From the NCBI GenBank assembly GCA_963768675.1, contig CAVYIV010000016.1, positions 152,150-216,149 on the forward strand: 64,000 nucleotides of DNA. Direction: 5' to 3'. The translations under genes and the position numbers were made by a program. Positions 59,537 through 64,000 of this stretch are shown here, one piece after another. The first letter of the stretch is position 1, and each line of letters starts with the position of its first letter. This stretch comes from an uncultured Chloroflexia bacterium (GTDB taxonomy: Bacteria; Chloroflexota; Limnocylindria; Limnocylindrales; CSP1-4). The notes under the pieces were generated by a model. The model did not search any database and was not told the origin of the DNA. It saw only the letters and a program-made list of their open reading frames with translations.

Positions 59537-61188
59537 CGTCGCGCCGAGCCGGGACGTCGCCGCGGGTACAGGTAGTCGACGCCGAGCGTCCGCAGGCCGA
59601 GCTTCGCGATCGGCGGCACTTGGCGCTTGAACTCGGAGGTTGCGACCAGGCGTCCCACGCGGTCGACGACGGCCCGATCGAAGCCCATCGCCACGAGCTC
59701 CTCGTCGCTTCGCCGCCGATCGATCATCCAGAACAGGAGCCGGTCGAGCTGCGGGGTAGTTGAAGCCGGCCTCCTCCTCGTCGGTCTGGCCGGGCCACAG
59801 GTCGGCCGACGGAGCCTTGCGGATGATCGCCTCCGGGACGCCGATCGCCGCCGCCACCTGGCGCACCTGGCTCTTGTATAGGTCGCCGATCGGGTTGAAG
59901 GCGGAGGCGCTGTCGCCAAAGAGCGTCGTGTACCCGATCAGGGCCTCGGTCTTGTTGCCGGTCCCGACGACGAGTCCGCGCCAGGTCACCGAGCGGTCGT
60001 AGAGGACCAGCATCCGCGCGCGGGCCATCGCGTTCCCGCGCCGAAGTGCTGACGCCTCGAGCGCGGCCGCGCCGCCGGCACCGGGTGCCCCTGCCTGCCC
60101 GAAGTACCCATCGATGATCGGGGTGATGTCCACGAGCTCGCTGGCGCAGCCGAGCCGCTGCACGACGACCTCGGCATCGGCACGCGACGCCGGCGAGGAC
60201 GCCCGGTAGGGCATCAGGACGCACAGGAGCCGGTCCGCCCCGATCGCCTCCGCCACCAGGTACGCCACGAGCGCGAATCGATGCCGCCCGACAGGCCCAG
60301 CACCGCCCGCTCGAAGCCGGCCTGGGCGAGCTGCGCCCGGATGAAGGCGGTGATCACGCGGCGCGCGACGCCGGTGTCGATCGCGAGCTCCTCCGGCAGC
60401 TCGAACAGCGGGGGGCTCTCCATGCTCAACGCTCCGACCGCTGGCCCGCCCGTGCCGTCCTCCGCGATGCCCGCGCGCCCGGCTGACGATCCGGCCGAGC
60501 TCGCGCACGAGAAGCTCCGGCCGCTCGTCGCGCAGGAGCGGCAGGACGATGCGCTCGCGCCGGACGTCGGCCAGGGGCACGTCCGCGATGACGAGCGCCT
60601 CGTCGTAGAGCGGACCCTCGACGAGCACGTCGCCGGTCGGCCCGACGATCATGGAGCCTCCCCAGAAGGAGACGGATTCCTCGACGCCGACCCGGTTGCA
60701 GAAGACGACCACGCTCGTCGTGAGCTGCGCGTACGTCCGCAGCAGCGTGCGCCACGAGACCGCCGTCCCCAGCCCCCCGGCGTTCACGGCCGCCACGTCG
60801 CGACCCGGCGAGGAGGCGACGTCCACCAGGATCTGGGCGCCGTCCAGGGCGAGGAGCGCGGGCACGTGCAGGTGCCAGAAGTCCTCGCAGATCGCGAGCC
60901 CGACGCCGACGCCGAGGCGCGATGGCGTCGTGCGCAGCGCATCGCCCGCCGCGAAGAAGCGCCGCTCGTCGAAGAGCCCGTACGTCGGCAGGTAGAGCTT
61001 GCGATGGACATGGCGGATCGCGCCGTCCTCGAGGAGCGCCGCCGCGATGAACAGGCGGTGGTCGGGCGACTCCTCCACGAAGCTGACGACGGCGGAGCAG
61101 CCGGCGGTCTGCGCCGCGAGCGCGAGAAGGCGCGGATCGTCGATGCCGATGGCGACCTCTGCCGCCAGGTCCTGCAGGTGGTACCCGG

Positions 61189-63601
<2,413 letters not shown>

Positions 63602-63607
63602 GGTCGC

Positions 63608-64000
63608 CTAGCGCTTCAGGCGCGGGTCGATGGACTCGCGCAGCCCGTCGCCCAGCAGGTTGAAGCCGATGGCGCTGATGACGATCGCGGCGCCGGGGAA
63701 GAAGATCAGGTACGGCGCGGACTGCAGGAAGCGCGACGAGTCGGTCAGCATCTCGCCCCACTCCGCGATCCGCGGGTCGCCCGGGCCCAGCCCCAGGAAG
63801 CCCAGCCCGGCCACGTCGATGATGGCGGTCGCCGCGCGCCAGGGTGGCCTGCACGATGAGCGGCGTCAGCGCGTTGGGCATCATGTGGCGAAGGAGGATC
63901 CGGGTGGGCGAGGCGCCCATCGACCGCGCCGCGATGCACGTAGTCCGACTCGCGCAGCGCGAGCAGGCTCCCGCGCAGCAGCCGGGCGAAGATCGGCGCG
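63608..64000 (-). pseudogene. ABC transporter permease (OppC/DppC-like), 5' end outside window, frameshift near 63830
   Basis: ARSMGASPTRILLRHMMPNALTPLIVQATLA (ORF 63534..63920) continues as AGLGFLGLGPGDPRIAEWGEMLTDSSRFLQSAPYLIFFPGAAIVISAIGFNLLGDGLRESIDPRLKR-stop (ORF 63608..63814). Confidence 0.7.

Overview
Very G+C-rich bacterial chromosomal window with Actinobacteria/Chloroflexi-like gene content. I found no rRNA, tRNA or CRISPR array. Left to right: two BMP-type ABC permeases, a cytochrome P450, a URO-D/MtaA-family protein, a CoA-binding protein and gatB. Next is a LacI/CebR-type sugar locus: an Opp/Dpp-type ABC transporter, GH1, GH130 and two GH94 phosphorylases. Then an aminotransferase, gatA, gatC, ligA and pcrA, followed by a 4-gene operon of three non-pyrrolysine MttB-family methyltransferases around one B12-binding corrinoid protein. 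After that comes a block of about 9.5 kb (about 35.8-45.3 kb) that starts with a large serine recombinase. It carries about a dozen small, translationally coupled ORFs of unknown function and a lower-G+C cargo (membrane protein, lipoprotein, HIRAN-BRCT protein). The rest is groES-groEL with promoter and CIRCE, an aldose-1-epimerase-like gene, tatD, metG, an apparent purS-purH fusion, purB, purA, a GGDEF/HD-GYP protein, rsmI, nadE and the start of a second Opp-type operon. The most interesting candidate is the serine-integrase element. It has no recognisable virion, conjugation or repressor genes and appears inserted exactly at the start codon of the first mttB-like gene. Caveat: many genes, including normally essential ones, carry 1-2 nt frameshifts while the peptide on either side stays well conserved. 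This looks more like assembly indels than real decay, so the pseudogene calls below are provisional.
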